Below are positions 12,404-25,338 of a stretch of 64,000 nucleotides of DNA, piece by piece (within the stretch, counting starts at the first letter, position 1; every line of letters begins with the position of its first letter). The position numbers and the translations under genes are program-made. The stretch is from Neodothiora populina (Eukaryota), in contig NW_027191419.1 of the NCBI RefSeq assembly GCF_041146345.1, positions 434,001 to 498,000 on the forward strand. Direction: 5' to 3'. Under the pieces are notes generated by a model. It worked only from the letters and a program-made list of their open reading frames with translations. It did not search any database and was not told the DNA's origin.

Positions 12404-14106
12404 ATGAAGAGGTTCACAGCAGGTCTACTGAACCGCTCGAAAAGTTAGTCGATGCCAAACTCGAGGTTTCTATCGGAAGTTCCGTTGTTTACTGGGATCA
12501 ATAGGTCACGACGGTAACAGTCCGCCGGCTGATTCTCCCGAGGCCAACGTGGTCAACGCGATAGTGAGTCTCTGTACGGTATATGTGCTCTGCTTGCCGG
12601 TGACTGACGACGCCCTGTTCTGTGCAGCGAGCATTCTGCGAGTCCGGAGCTGCCAACAGCAACGATGTACGCTGAGCGCAAACCCCACGAACGACTCTTG
12701 TTTGCCGCAGACACTGACCCGTCTAGGGTGAGGAGGTGCTGCACCTTCCTGTGATTGTGGAAGCCGCCGAGTCTTCGCCTTCGGCAGCAGCATCTGCCGC
12801 CTACCAGCTACGGAAGTTCCTCTCCAAGGACAACTCGGCCACTCGCCCGTACATCCAGTACAATGCCATCATGCTGATACGCATCCTGTCGGACAATCCT
12901 GGAGAGACGTTCACGAGGAACATCGATGCCAAGTTCGTCGCTACCGTGAAGGACCTGCTCAAGAACGGAAGAGATGCCAGCGTACAGCAGATACTCCGCG
13001 AGACGCTGGACTCATTCGAAGCCGAAAAGTCTTACGATGAAGGTCTGGCAGGTCTCATCACTATGTGGAGGTCGGAGAAGGGACGGAGTTCACACATTGC
13101 GCCCTCGGCTGGCGCCCGCAATACTTCCAACTTCCCCAACAACTTTCATGTGCCTGCATTCAACCCCCATGCCCCGCCACTTGCCCCGTCGCAGCAGGAG
13201 CCCAGTCAGCGTGTGTTTGGTAGGAATCAGCTTCCTCCGCCTCACGAGTTGGCGTCTCGAGTCGAAGAAGCCAAGAATACGGCTAAGCTACTTCTTCAAC
13301 TGCTCCAGAGCACCCCACCGGATGAAGTTTTGAGTAACGATCTTATGAAAGAGTTTGCAGAGAGATGTCAGACAGCGCAGAGGAGCGTACAAGAGTACAT
13401 CAACTGCGATAGTCCACCGCCAGACGACGATACCCTGCAGACACTCATAGAGGTCAACGAGCAGCTGAGTCTGGCGCTGAGTAGGCATCAGCGCGCCATT
13501 CTCTCCGCACGTAGAGCGACAGGAGCTACCAGCGTCAGTCCACATCCTCCAATGCAAGACAGTGCCTATGCACCCCCACCCCAGCAACAGCAGTCTGCGA
13601 GCATGTTTGCTCCCCCAGTACCTCAGCGCAACAACGACAACAACATGAACTACTCGGACGCGAGTGTACACTCCGTCTCGCCTATTGAGCACGAGACGTT
13701 CCACGCGCCGCCTGGACCTCCGCCCTCTAAATCAGCTGAGGCGTATGAGACCGAGGCTTATCAGACAAACCCGTTCCAAGACCCGAGCAACACGTACGCC
13801 GCTTATACATACCCTAAAGAGTCCGACCACTTCACCGACTCTGCTCCGGATCGCAAACCCGCTCCTCAACACCTCGAGCGCCCTGCTTCCGGAGGAGCAT
13901 ACTTTCAAGGTTCAACGCCGAGTTACTTGGGGAGACAATCAAGTGCAGCTCAAGGTCTAACAATGCACGGCGGCGTCGATGAGCCCGAATCAATCGGACA
14001 CAACCCATGGGCAGGTCAACAGCAACAGGGCCAGCAGCAGCAACAACACAACGCCGGCGATGTCAGTCCCATCGAGGCTCGGGCGCCAGTCACGTACCGC
14101 TACTGA
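12404..14106 (+). CDS. VHS-GAT domain endocytic/ubiquitin adaptor (Lsb5/Tom1-like)
   Basis: Exons at about 12404-12443, 12505-12563, 12628-12666 and 12727-14106 give MKRFTAGLLNRSK..DSPEANVVNAIRAFCESG..GEEVLHLPVIVEAAESSP. VHS-like helical region, GAT-like region (ELASRVEEAKNTAKLL...LIEVNEQLSLAL) and a Pro-rich tail with NPFQD. Confidence 0.75.
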
Positions 14107-15888
14107 GTGTGTGTTTTGAAAGTGTCATCATGATGGATGGGCGTCTGAAATTCCGTAAGAGATACCACCTGTCGTTCTTGAGTAGAGTGAGTTTTTATAA
14201 TTAGCCTGAATTCCAATGCGCGTATCTATTTTTCCTCTCGGCGAGATCTCAGTTCGTACAAATCGTGTCCTTCTGATGGTGACGCCGCTGCTCAGCCTGA
14301 ATTAGGGTGTAATTCAGATGAAGGAAGGCAATAACACCAGTCGAGAACAAGACTGTGCATTCTACAAAATAGTGGTCAATATGAGGAGAAGCAGCAGCAC
14401 TGTGCTTTTATTCAATATCGGTTATGTTTCTTTTACCCTTCATTAACCAGGTCAACAGCACCAGCATGTGAGAGTAGTTGCTGCTTGTGATACACAGGCA
14501 GGGTTACCCCTCTCTACTTCGCTCTGCGACGGGAGATGCAATGTCCGGTTGCTTGTCTCTTGCACACAGTTATTCACCGCTCCTGTGCGTCGAAAGCAGA
14601 CGCTTAGGATCAGTATCGGACAAAAAAAATGAACAACATGATACAATATCCAGATATACACCATAGAAACAGGAATGAAGTGCGACACCAGTCACAAAAG
14701 CAAAAGAGCATGAAGGGATATAAACGACAACATAATTGCCATCATCAAACTTGCTGGTTTGGCGCAGTGGCAACGCGTCGCACTTGTACGAGCTTTGTCT
14801 CACGAAATGCGAAGATCACAGGTTCAATTCCTGTAATCAGCAATTATACATCAGATCTTTTTGCGTCAGTCGCACCATGACAGTACATCGTTGCTCCTTT
14901 GGCTGGGATCGGGCTTTCTTCTCATTCGACTCCTGCTCTTTAGTGTACCTATATCCCATGGTATCCTTTTACTTGCTTGTAAAAACCACGTGGACTCTTG
15001 CCGTCTATGACTTGGAGTCATCACCTGTTGGGGAGTTCGTTGTGCCCAAGGTAGGTAGGTGGAATATTTACCCCACTGAACCCCGCAGTCTTTCTTCAGC
15101 GAGATATGACATGACATCCATGTCTCGACCATTGGACTGACTTGCCGTCGTCTCGAAAGCAGATATGTTTTCGTTACCAGTCAATAAGAACAGAAGTGGA
15201 TCTGAACGGAGATGTATACCCTACTCTCACCTGCACATTTATTCATTGTTGGCAGTCTTTATTGATGCTGATCTACAGCAATGGACTCGTAGCTTCGCAG
15301 CGAATTTGGGGCTGTGAAGAGGGATTACTCCAGTAATTGTATGTGGTCATGGTCAAAGTGTATATATAGAGTGATTGTTATAAGCATTGAATGGTAGCAC
15401 AGAGCAGAGTCTTCGAATGTCAAGGAGTGATGAGATGGCTTGGTCTGCGAGCAGCATGTAGTTACCTAGGTTTCTGTAGTTGGTCAAGTGTGCCAGAGAG
15501 TCCATGGATTCGACCAACAGAGAGTCGAATGTGGAGTAGAAATGAATGCAATGTTTTGCTATCAGATGGGAGAAAGGTCTGTTCCCGCTAGGTTGTAACA
15601 GATGTACAATGAATACAGAGTTTTTAAAAATCGGTAAGAAAATGCTGTAATGTACATATAGAAATCGTAGAGTAAGTCGTCAGACAAGCAGACAAACGTA
15701 TGTACTTGAACAGAAACAAAGAAAAGGAAGAACTCGACGAACACAACGCCCCATTTTCCAGTAGTTGCTCCCCTCTTGATATCTCCTTGTCGATATCAGA
15801 TGTCCAATAACGCCAAACGCTGATCGCCAACACGAATAGATGCAAAACGCAAAAACATGACTGTTCTCTCCACATGTTTTTTGGTACA

Positions 15889-16660
15889 TTATTGACAACC
15901 TGATGAATGAGGCCTCACTTTTGCCGCGGTACACTCCTTATTTGTTGTCGGGTACTGTGAGATGGCTCTTTTTCAAAGCCAGCGCTAGTTCTTCTTCTGT
16001 AAATGGTTGGTCATTCTGTGCAACGCCGTCGCTAGATTTTCCAGCCGCTGCCTCTGCGATATTCCTCGCTCCGGAAGTTGGTAATGGGTGATCGAGGGAT
16101 AATTGTCGTGATAGAGCTTTGTCTTTGTCTCTTGACTGGACTCGTGATAGGCCGACTGTGAGACAGGTCAGTATGGATTTTCATTTGAGCAAGTTTCGAG
16201 AAAACCTACCGTTGGTCACGTCGTCATCCCCCTCGGCTTCAATCTCCGCACTGAGCCTTGTCGCACGCGCTGCGTGTCTTGATTTTGTCTGCACACCCTC
16301 GACCTCCTTGCCGCTGTCGCCAATGCTATTCCGTCTGCTGCTCTTTCCGCCAAAGCTTTTCCGGCTGATCAGACTGTTCCTCCGACTCGGCATCCTGCTT
16401 CCCATGGGGCTGTATTCGCTGATGAAACTCTGCCGCCGCCATGCGGTGCCCCAATTGAATGATTCGAGTTTCTCCTTGTGTTCCTTCTTGACCGGGGCCC
16501 GATATTTCGGCCGGGGCATTGGCTCTCCGGGCGCATATACGTTCGAGGGCCATCGTTCTTCTCTTGCTGACTTTTCCGAATTCTGACTCGATGTCTTGCG
16601 ATCGCTGCCGTCGGAGGAGCCCCCAAACACCCGCCTGAGCCTTTCACGGAGAGGCATCAT
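15889..16660 (-). CDS. Uncharacterised basic protein with several RRxS (PKA-type) sites
   Basis: ORF 16181-16660 is continued across a GTAGGT..ACTGAC..CAG intron (about 16156-16209) into VGLSRVQSRDK...QPFTEEELALALKR. Contains VYAPGEPMPRPKYR, RRQS and two RRNS. Confidence 0.7.
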
Positions 16661-18139
16661 GTATTATGTTGTGTAGTGATGATCCGGTGGATGTGGTTTC
16701 CGCCGTATGTACAGAGAAGGTCTTCCGCAAAATCATAAATCCTGAAGCAAGGCCAGCAAGTGTCCACCGAGGACAGAGAGGTGTCGAGGAATCGCGGTAA
16801 TCGGGGTTGCAGTCAGTTGCGAAGGATCCCAGGCATGCACCGTGGCGAGGCGTGTGCGTTGTGATGTCGGTATGGTACAAGAGTGTTATGTTTATATGAA
16901 CAATAGAGCCACGTGCTGGCACATGGCAGAACGAAGAATACTTTTTTCTAGGAAAACACATGGAAAACAGTCCACACCACCTTAGCTCATGTGAATACGA
17001 CCTTGGCCGTTGGGGGAATTGAGCTGACAATGGCGGAGGCCGAGGGGACGTGCCGAAGGCTCCGCGCTTGCCTCCGCCTTTGCCCTTATTACCTTACCTT
17101 TTTCCCCCCTTGGACCTGGTCCTGCCCACCACTAGTCGACCTTGGCAATCCTTTTGGAGTATAATGTCACCCAGTTCCTCGGTCGGTCTCGTGTCGGTCT
17201 CGACCCTATGGTGTTCGTATACAGAGACACCGCGCTGCATAGTGTTTTCTGTTCGTGGATTTATTGAAGGGTCGCGTCGAACATTCAAGACCCACGAGTG
17301 ATCTAGACCTGGGGTCACAGCAGCCTTATCGGTCATATCTAGATCCCCGGGACTAGGGCAGACATGACTGAACATCCAGCAAACAGGTCTGGCCATGTAC
17401 CCAATTGGAGCAGCCGTGATTAGTGGACCTTGTGGGACACCAGAACGCGAAAATGTGGAAGGCAGACATGATATTCGACATGGCGTTGCCATCACCAGTT
17501 CTCACCAGGCGAAGGCTTGCGACGGCGTCGAGACCGTTTCGTCCCCCGCAAACACAACTACAAGTGCCCTGTGCATGGACCACAAGTGTCGACGATCATA
17601 CATTGCGTCATTGCGCGACGTCAATCAAGATCCCTGCTTCACATCTCCGCCGGGCTGCGATAAGAGGTCAAATCGAGACTTGACTTGCCGTATGCGTACC
17701 TAAGCTAAATAGACACTGGACTCACAAGAGATCTGAGGCAAGAGGCGGATGTGGCGCCCGTTAGAATGGAAGCAACAATGCTTAATGGTCAACTGAAAAG
17801 CAGATCAAGGCAGGAAGCCAACACGCAGACCTGGCTTTCGTATTTCCTGGCCAATCCACCAGCCGCATAACGACCAAATCTCATCCCTCGTGACGTTCAC
17901 ATGTTCCAAGCTCACTGCAGCGTTATGTCATTGCTTATGGTCTGGTCCATTCGTGGGGGAGCTCCGTCGATATGTATCAGCCACAACTGCCATGCCTATT
18001 CTTGACATTGTTCATCTACTTCTACATTGAATTCTCTTGTGATCCCACTACGTAAATTTCAATCAATACTTCCTCGAGCATTGTGTCACTGTTAATCACA
18101 CGCGTATAATACATTGAGAAGTAGTCTTGACCTGTCATC

Positions 18140-20630
18140 ATGGACAAGATCAAGAAGATACTGTAATGCCAATGGAGCTCCTATGTTGGAAGCGATAGGC
18201 TAACATGTGTACAGCAGTCACGGGTCAGGAGAAGAGGAGCAGGCCACTCGCTCCGCTGCCAGTGATAACAGACCCCTCACGGGTACGTCTACCACAGGTG
18301 ATACCAGTAGGACAGACCCAGTGCAGCACGAAAAAGGCTTCACACACAACCCGGTCTCCACGTCAAGACCTACTGCGTCAGCTATTCCGTCTCACTTGTC
18401 GTTCGGCGCAGACGACAATGCAAGCGTCGTGGGCATAAGGTCGGGCGTCGTTGGCGGTGATCCTGCTGGCCCATCTAATATAGGTTTGGGCCACAGCGGG
18501 AACACAACACAATCGACTAGCCAATCGACTTCGGACATGGATCCCCTCAGTGTTCACCAACACAAAGGTCAAGGTCACAACTTTGATGGAGATCCATGTC
18601 CTCCAGGAGATGAGCCTCAGGTCAAGGGTTACCCTCACCACTTCTCAGGTCCTCACAGCACGGATACTGCGAATCGCCTGGACCCACACGTTCCGGGAGA
18701 GTTCCCTTCCGAGTCCGGCTACGATGTTCATGATACCTCGGCCAATCATGCCTCGAGCATGAACAGGGGCTTCAATGATGCTACAGGACCTAATGCTGGA
18801 TCCGCATTGAACCCAGGTATTGGATCTGCAGATCTTCCTGGCACATCCTCTGCAGATGTTCAACATCAGAGCAGTATCCGTGATGGCCCACTTGCCGGCA
18901 CTGCAGGCTTTGAGGAGCAACGTTTCGATCCCACCGCTACATCCAGCCACAAACCACTGAGCGAAGCCAATACTCACTTTCCTTCGTTGAGTTCTCATCC
19001 ACCTGGGACAGCGATCACCACAGACCAGCCACACAACAGCCATAGTGCGGCACTTGGTACCGCAGCAGCAGGCGCTGCTGGTATCGGTGCGTACGAGACC
19101 AGCAGTGGTCACCGCAGTGGACCGACCGAAACCGATCCTGCAACAAAGACTGCTGGACCTCACAAGAGCAATATTGCCAACATTGTGGACCCTCGCGTGA
19201 AGCCTGAGCCTGAAAAGATGAAAAGTCACAGCACCTCCGTTCCATATCAAAGCGACACTTTGAACCGCGCGGAACCACGTGAAGATGCTGAAGCGGACAA
19301 GTCCACTCACCACTACGGACGCGACGCTGCAGTCGCTGGTGGTGTTGGCGCAGCGGGCGTAGGTGCCTACGAGGCTGGCCAACCAATCGCATCTCGCCAG
19401 GAGGACCCTGCGAGCTTCACTGTCGGTCCCCACACGAGCAATGTTGCCAACATCCTAGACCCTCGTGTCAAGCCTCAACCGGAGAAGATGAAAGGCAGCA
19501 GCACCGCTGGTACCTACCAAAGCAGTACTCCTTATGATCAGACCACTTTGCCTGAGCAGAGCACTGGACACCATTACGGTCGCGATGCTGCCATCGCAGG
19601 CGGTGTTGGTGCAGCAGGTGCAGGTGCAGGTGCATACGGTGCTACTCACCAAGCTGGTTCACGCGAGGAAGACCCCGCGAGCTTTACTACCGGACCTCAC
19701 CAGAGCAACATTGCCAACATTGTCGACCCTCGTGTGAAGCCTCAACCCGAAAAGATGAAGGAGCACAGCACGCCTGGTACTCACCAAAGCGACACCCTGA
19801 ATCGCGCGGATCCACGTACTGGGGTCCAGTCTGAGCAGACTAAGGACCATCACTACGGTCGCGATGCTGCTGTAGCTGGAGGCGCAGGAGCGGCCGGGCT
19901 GGCTGGGTACGAGGCCACGAAGCAAAATCACCTTGCAGCCCCTCAAAGCGGCCAACAGCCGTTGGCGACACCGACTGGAGCGCCCGAAGAGTCGCGCATA
20001 TTTGACCAGACCCAGAAGGTGCCCGAGAAGCACCAGGTTGGTGGTGGTTGGGCTGCTGACCAGAAGGCGCAAGAGAAGCTGGAAAAAGAGAGAGCTAAGG
20101 AGGCAGAGAAGGCGCACGACAAGGCCATCAAAGAGGATAAACGCCACCCGAAGGAGGCCGAGAAGGCGCATGACAAGGCACACGAGAAGGCGGCGAAGGA
20201 GGAAAGACGAAACTCGAAGAGTGCCGACAAGGACGAGAAGAAGCATGGTCTGTTGGGCTTCTTGCACCGTGACAAGAAGGACACTCCCGAGGAAAAGGCA
20301 ATGAAGGAGCAGGGCAACCTGCGCGAAGCTGATCAAGCAGCACACCTGCGCCATCAGCGCGAGCTCGAGGAGGCAGCCAATGCTGGTACTATCGACAAGG
20401 CCGGAGCGTCTTTCGAGCCGACTTTAGGAGAACAGCAGGTGCACCCAGACCCTTCTTCTCCTCAAAGGGTCAGTGTCGATGGAAAGGGCCATCACAAGCT
20501 GCACAAGGAGCCGCCTGCAAAGGTCCAGAGGGAATTGGACGAACGAGCTCGCGAGGAAAGCGGATTGAGCGCAGCTTCGACCAATGCTGCTACTACGAGC
20601 ACAGGTGGCAATGGGCAGTCGACGTTCTAA
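18140..20630 (+). CDS. Fungal dehydrin-like (DPR-repeat) stress protein
   Basis: ATG at 18140 (MDKIKKIL) and intron 18163-18214. Very hydrophilic and G/T/S/H-rich. Three copies of T[A/V/T]GPH[K/T/Q]SN[I/V]ANI[V/L]DPRV, the DPR signature, each followed by HHYGRDAA.AGG.GAAG. K/E-rich tail. Confidence 0.8.
19135..19920 (+). repeat. Three coding tandem repeats of about 260-270 bp in the dehydrin-like gene
   Basis: Near-identical blocks gccaacat..gaccctcg.gt.aagcct.a.cc.ga.aagatgaa and cactacgg.cgcga.gctgc recur at about 19135, 19405 and 19672. Confidence 0.85.
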
Positions 20631-21204
20631 TGGGGATTCGGGAATTATGTATGAAGTTAGCGAATATTGGTCAGACGACAAAGGACATGATATTGAACGA
20701 AGAAATGAGAAATCAGTATCTTTTTGACATATCGCAAAAGGCCTTGCGGATTAATGCAGCCACATAATTTTGTGAGAAGACCTCTTAATAATCATATATG
20801 CAACATGCGTCCATAATTTTCATGTGCAGGACGCATGGTCGTTACTACGTAGACTGCCTTTCGCCGCACTGTTCGCGTAAACACTTGGGAAGCGAGCTGT
20901 CGAAGGGGAACCGGCCTGGTGAGTCGTTGCGCCTTCCAGCATGAACGATTTCTGCCGCAGTGACCAACCACTTTCGTCAGACCGTCCATCAAATGCTCCC
21001 AAGATCCTGTCTAGCGTACAATGCGCTTCATGCTGACCTTGGAACGGTATCTGTCAACGGAGGCAAGGATTGCGCAGGAGCCGTACTTGAAGGCACATGT
21101 CGTTTTCTTCTTCCCCGGATGTCCACAGGTAAAGGATCAGGCCAAGTCCAGTAAGCAGGCGTGAAGTTCCATCTCTGTCAAGGGAACCGAGGATATACAC
21201 ACGC

Positions 21205-21766
21205 TTATTCCTCCTCAGGCTGAACAAAAGGGTTGGCAATCTCCTCGCTGCCATCCAGCGGCGAAATCAAGACGAGCAGGGTTCCACGAGCGACGAGCAG
21301 GCCCAGAGGTCGGGATGAGGTGTTGCCTTCTTCGTCTGCGATGGGATGTGGGTCAGTATGGCATGGGTATCGTAGTTGCAACAGAGCGGGGAGTCCTCGC
21401 ACCTCTTGTGATTTCCTTCACGTTGTCTAGCACTAGGTTCATGAGCTGGTCGTAGCCTTTGAGAGTGCCCGTTACTGAGAGGTGATATGGAGTCAGCGCA
21501 TTTGTATGTATGAGGAAAGTGCGCGCGCAGAGCAGAGAATGCGCATATCGATGATCGCCATTGGCAGCCGTACCTTCTCTACCACCGTTAAATTTCACCA
21601 TAATCTCCTTGTCCATGTATTTGTTCAGATCGAGAATGTTTTCCTTCTTCGGTCTCGCTTGCTCTGCTCCTCCTTGCGCAGCAGCGGCAGCACCACCACC
21701 TCTTCCTCCACCTCCTCTGCCACGGCCACCACCGCGACCACCGCGGAATTGACCTCGCTCTGACAT
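21205..21766 (-). CDS. LSM7: U6 snRNA-associated Sm-like protein LSm7
   Basis: KKENILDLNKYMDKEIMVKFNGGRE|VTGTLKGYDQLMNLVLDNVKE..|..RPLGLLVARGTLLVLISPLDGSEEIANPF. Introns 21475-21573 and 21336-21402. RGG-rich N-terminus. Confidence 0.96.
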
Positions 21767-22575
21767 GTCTTTTTTGTGCTTATTGAGGGTGATGAAAAGG
21801 AATGCGACTTCAGGAGAGCTGAGATATATGCGCTACAACAACAATGACAATAACACTATGTATCGGCTTTACCAGTCCATTAAGTTAACCTCACGCTTGA
21901 AGCTCGGAGTGGAGGAGGATGTCGATGGTGGAAAGTGACAAAATGGGGCCAACCAAGTGTGGGGGAATCACTCAATACAGGACAGGGTTACCCCAGACGT
22001 CACCCACTTACGCAGACTTTTGGCCGCCGCGTGCATCCCTTCAGCTGACACTGACACCGCACCCCCTACGCAGCCCGGATACTCGGCACCGCCACCACTT
22101 TGGCCTGCGCCCTTGCCGTCCCTCATAATCCAAATCATCCAGTAGACACACCGGGGTACACATTCCACATACGCAAGGCCTATCTCTGAATGCAGTGGGG
22201 CTTGCATCTGGTGTCACTGTATACTGTACATATAACCTCGCCTCACGGGATGATCGAGCCTGGACACCTCAGTGTGACGGGCTGGCGCAGCCTTTTTTAT
22301 ACCTAGTTCCCACTTCTGGCCCTCTGTTTCAGGCGGGCCATTACTGTCTCTCGCTCTCCCCCGTCGCGCGCGCGCCCTCCCTCTGCCAAGGTAGAGCTGC
22401 ACTCTCTCCCCCCCCATCCCCAATCCCCCAAGACGGAGAAATATAGCGCTTGTCCGCTGTCCTGTCGTTGTGTATTACGCGCTTGCCCTAGTCTTCTACT
22501 CTGTCGCTCCGTGCCTTTTCGCTCTTCTCTCTCTCCGTTCCATCTTCATATTAGTACTGCGTGGATTTCGTGATC

Positions 22576-24678
22576 ATGGCCGACGCGCTGTCTCTCACCA
22601 CCAATGCGGGCAAACGCAAACGGAGTCCCTCCGCACCCTCCGCCACCCCGGCTTCCACCAAGTTGGCAAGGACGACGACAACGCCCGGCAACCAATTGCA
22701 GATCAATTATCTCGCACGACAATGTGCCGATGACCTGCCCTTTATCAGCAAGGAGGATACGCTGCCCAACCTGCTCGAGGTGCTCACCTCTTACACACAT
22801 GTTCTCGACAGACAAGAGAGCCTGGCGAGCAACCTCGGCGCCCGCCCTCTGGGTCCCATTCTGATAAAGCGCTTCGAGCGCTGCTTTGACGGCCCACCTA
22901 AAATCATCGCTTCGCATTCTCACGCAAAAGGAACCACTGCTGGCAGCGAAGAGGAAGCTGCGCCGACGGTGACTTGGCTCGATGTCGTGCATTTCGCCCA
23001 GGCTCACCCTGCCCAGTTTGATCTAGCTACGTTCTCCGAAGGCCGTCGCGTCTGTCAATTCTATTATCCGCAAAAGCAAGTCCGTGTCCAGGTCAGCGAG
23101 GAGGACTTTCTATTCATCAGCAGCGGGAGATGTCAAGATCTCATCCCGCCCTTGCCCATCTGGGAGGATGAGGAGAAGGAGGTGGCCACATGCGAGATCT
23201 TGGAAAGGGCTCTCAGGGAAGTCACCAACGCTGCCGACTTGGTCGCTGCGAGAACAAGGCAGCTCGGACATCGTCTGAAAGGGCGTCGTATGGCTATCCA
23301 GGAGAGAAGATCCGAACAGGGCCCTCAGTATGCGGCGTCGAATTCGGAGCAGGAGCCGCGACAAACCCACACTCCTCCTACCGTCTCTGCGCCCCCCAGC
23401 GCCATCGCAGGCACTCCTTACCCAACGCTTTCAACACCCGCACGCACGAGTGTGAATCCGCCGGTAAATACAGATGCTAGCGCAACCATTAGGTCTGACT
23501 TGCTCAAGCATTTGCAGTCCCTGCCTCATAACCAGCCTGCCATGAGGCCAGAAAACAGACGCACATCTCAAATGCAAGTCGCTTCGCCCATGCATGGCAC
23601 GCCACAGCCTTTGATCTCCTCTGCAACTGTAGACACCGCTCGACCACCGTCGACGTCGGTCTCCCCGGTGCCCGCTGCTGCACCTCCCACTGGACATGGC
23701 TTGGAACAGCTTTCATATTATATGGAAAAGAATGACCCTTTCTTACCGTCTTCCTTCACTCCTGCCAACATGCAAGCCCCAGATGGTACACCGAGACACA
23801 ACTTCTCTCGTCCCCTACCCCCTAGCCAAGAATCATCGCAGCCCTATCGCAGCATATGCCAGACACACATGGAAGGACTTCCTCGAGGCTCTCGTGTCTT
23901 GCCTCCTTGTGATAGGTGTCGCCGCTTGCGCATGGACTGTCTGAAGAATCTAAGCTCTTGCGCCGGCTGCACCAAGAAACACGCCAGATGCCACTGGAAG
24001 GAGGTTCGTCTCGAGGAAGTCCAAGGGCTAGAAGGCTTCGTAGACGATGTCACAAGCAGAAAGCTCAACGACACACATGCTTATGAAAGCAACGTCACTT
24101 CCAACAATGGCACCCACAGCTATTCCGACAACCTCGATGACAACAACCCGGGTCCCCCGAGTGCCACCGACAGCCAACGAATGGCAATCGATGATAGAAA
24201 TGATCAGAATGGCGGCACAGCTGCTCAAAATCTTCCACCGCTCCGTCGCAATGAACTCGAGCAGCAAGCTCAGGCGTCCATGTCCATTAACCATGCCCAG
24301 CAAGAGTCAATGCAAGCTCAGGAGTCTCAAAGGACGCACTCCAACCAAGCACCAAATGCGCAGCTCGAACACGAGTCTGAAGAGGTTCAAAACGGCGCCT
24401 CATCAATCTCGTTCTCGAAGCGCACGGAGACCGAGGACAGCCATCACGCAATGGACTTGTTGAGATTACTCAGCAGAGAAGCGACAAATATTGCCGGCGG
24501 CCAAGGCGGCGCAGGAGCAGGTGCGAGGAACAATGGTGCATTCCGATCCGTCTACAATCCTCAAAGTGCCGAGCCTGAGCAAGATGAAAATACCAACAAC
24601 GCATCATCATCATCATCGGGAGGAAACGCCTTGGGGCTCGCGCTCGGCCTCGGTGTGGCCGGCGGGGACAGACATTGA
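22576..24678 (+). CDS. Zn(II)2Cys6-type zinc cluster protein (putative transcription factor)
   Basis: Single exon from the ATG at 22576. Internal CDRCRRLRMDCLKNLSSCAGCTKKHARC zinc cluster, N-terminal KRKR NLS and a globular N-terminal region. Confidence 0.8.
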   Translation: MADALSLTTNAGKRKRSPSAPSATPASTKLARTTTTPGNQLQINYLARQCADDLPFISKEDTLPNLLEVLTSYTHVLDRQESLASNLGARPLGPILIKRFERCFDGPPKIIASHSHAKGTTAGSEEEAAPTVTWLDVVHFAQAHPAQFDLATFSEGRRVCQFYYPQKQVRVQVSEEDFLFISSGRCQDLIPPLPIWEDEEKEVATCEILERALREVTNAADLVAARTRQLGHRLKGRRMAIQERRSEQGPQYAASNSEQEPRQTHTPPTVSAPPSAIAGTPYPTLSTPARTSVNPPVNTDASATIRSDLLKHLQSLPHNQPAMRPENRRTSQMQVASPMHGTPQPLISSATVDTARPPSTSVSPVPAAAPPTGHGLEQLSYYMEKNDPFLPSSFTPANMQAPDGTPRHNFSRPLPPSQESSQPYRSICQTHMEGLPRGSRVLPPCDRCRRLRMDCLKNLSSCAGCTKKHARCHWKEVRLEEVQGLEGFVDDVTSRKLNDTHAYESNVTSNNGTHSYSDNLDDNNPGPPSATDSQRMAIDDRNDQNGGTAAQNLPPLRRNELEQQAQASMSINHAQQESMQAQESQRTHSNQAPNAQLEHESEEVQNGASSISFSKRTETEDSHHAMDLLRLLSREATNIAGGQGGAGAGARNNGAFRSVYNPQSAEPEQDENTNNASSSSSGGNALGLALGLGVAGGDRH

Positions 24679-25338
24679 CACTACAAAACCCCACCAGCAG
24701 AGTGTAAGGTCTCCGCAATGGAGTACATGTCATGTCAACTGCGACCCATAGTAGAATCTCCATTCCTACGGTTTCTGAGAGCTTGCTGATATGTACAAAG
24801 CGTGCAACTTGACAACACATCAGCTGGTCCGTGTCGGTATGGCTCATATACTGCGCCTCACTGAGCTACGATTTGGGACACTGCATTACCTATGACACGA
24901 CAATCTTGAAGACATGCGGTCTGCAGAAGGTGCGAATACGAAGTGGATATTATGCACACGACAATATCGTCATCTCTGGGAATCGCGTCAATATCAAGTA
25001 CATGCATCTGAAAATGAATACCATGTTTTGACTCGTGGTTTAAAGCCAGCCTTGTTTCATCACTACAGACGAGGCTCGGACTGCGCCTTGACCTGAATTA
25101 ATTACTATGCTGCACAATGTTGTAATTATTCACGGCTGCAGCAGGGATGAGGTGAGCGTGCAATGGGTGTCGTTCTTGGCCTCATCCATACTCCGGAGGA
25201 TCTAGGTGCGGCACCCCGCTCCAGTCCAGCCGCGAAGCCAAACGAGTTAAGCTAAGATGAGTCTACCATGACTGCAAGACACCTTCAACTCACACTGTCC
25301 ACACAATCTCTCAGGATTGATTTCTCATAAGTATAGAC

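Noticed and set aside
14200..15880. Several 60-134-aa ORFs in the gap between convergent genes
   Set aside because: No coding-like composition, splice pattern or motif. The region looks like 3' UTR or terminator sequence, and no ncRNA boxes were recognised.
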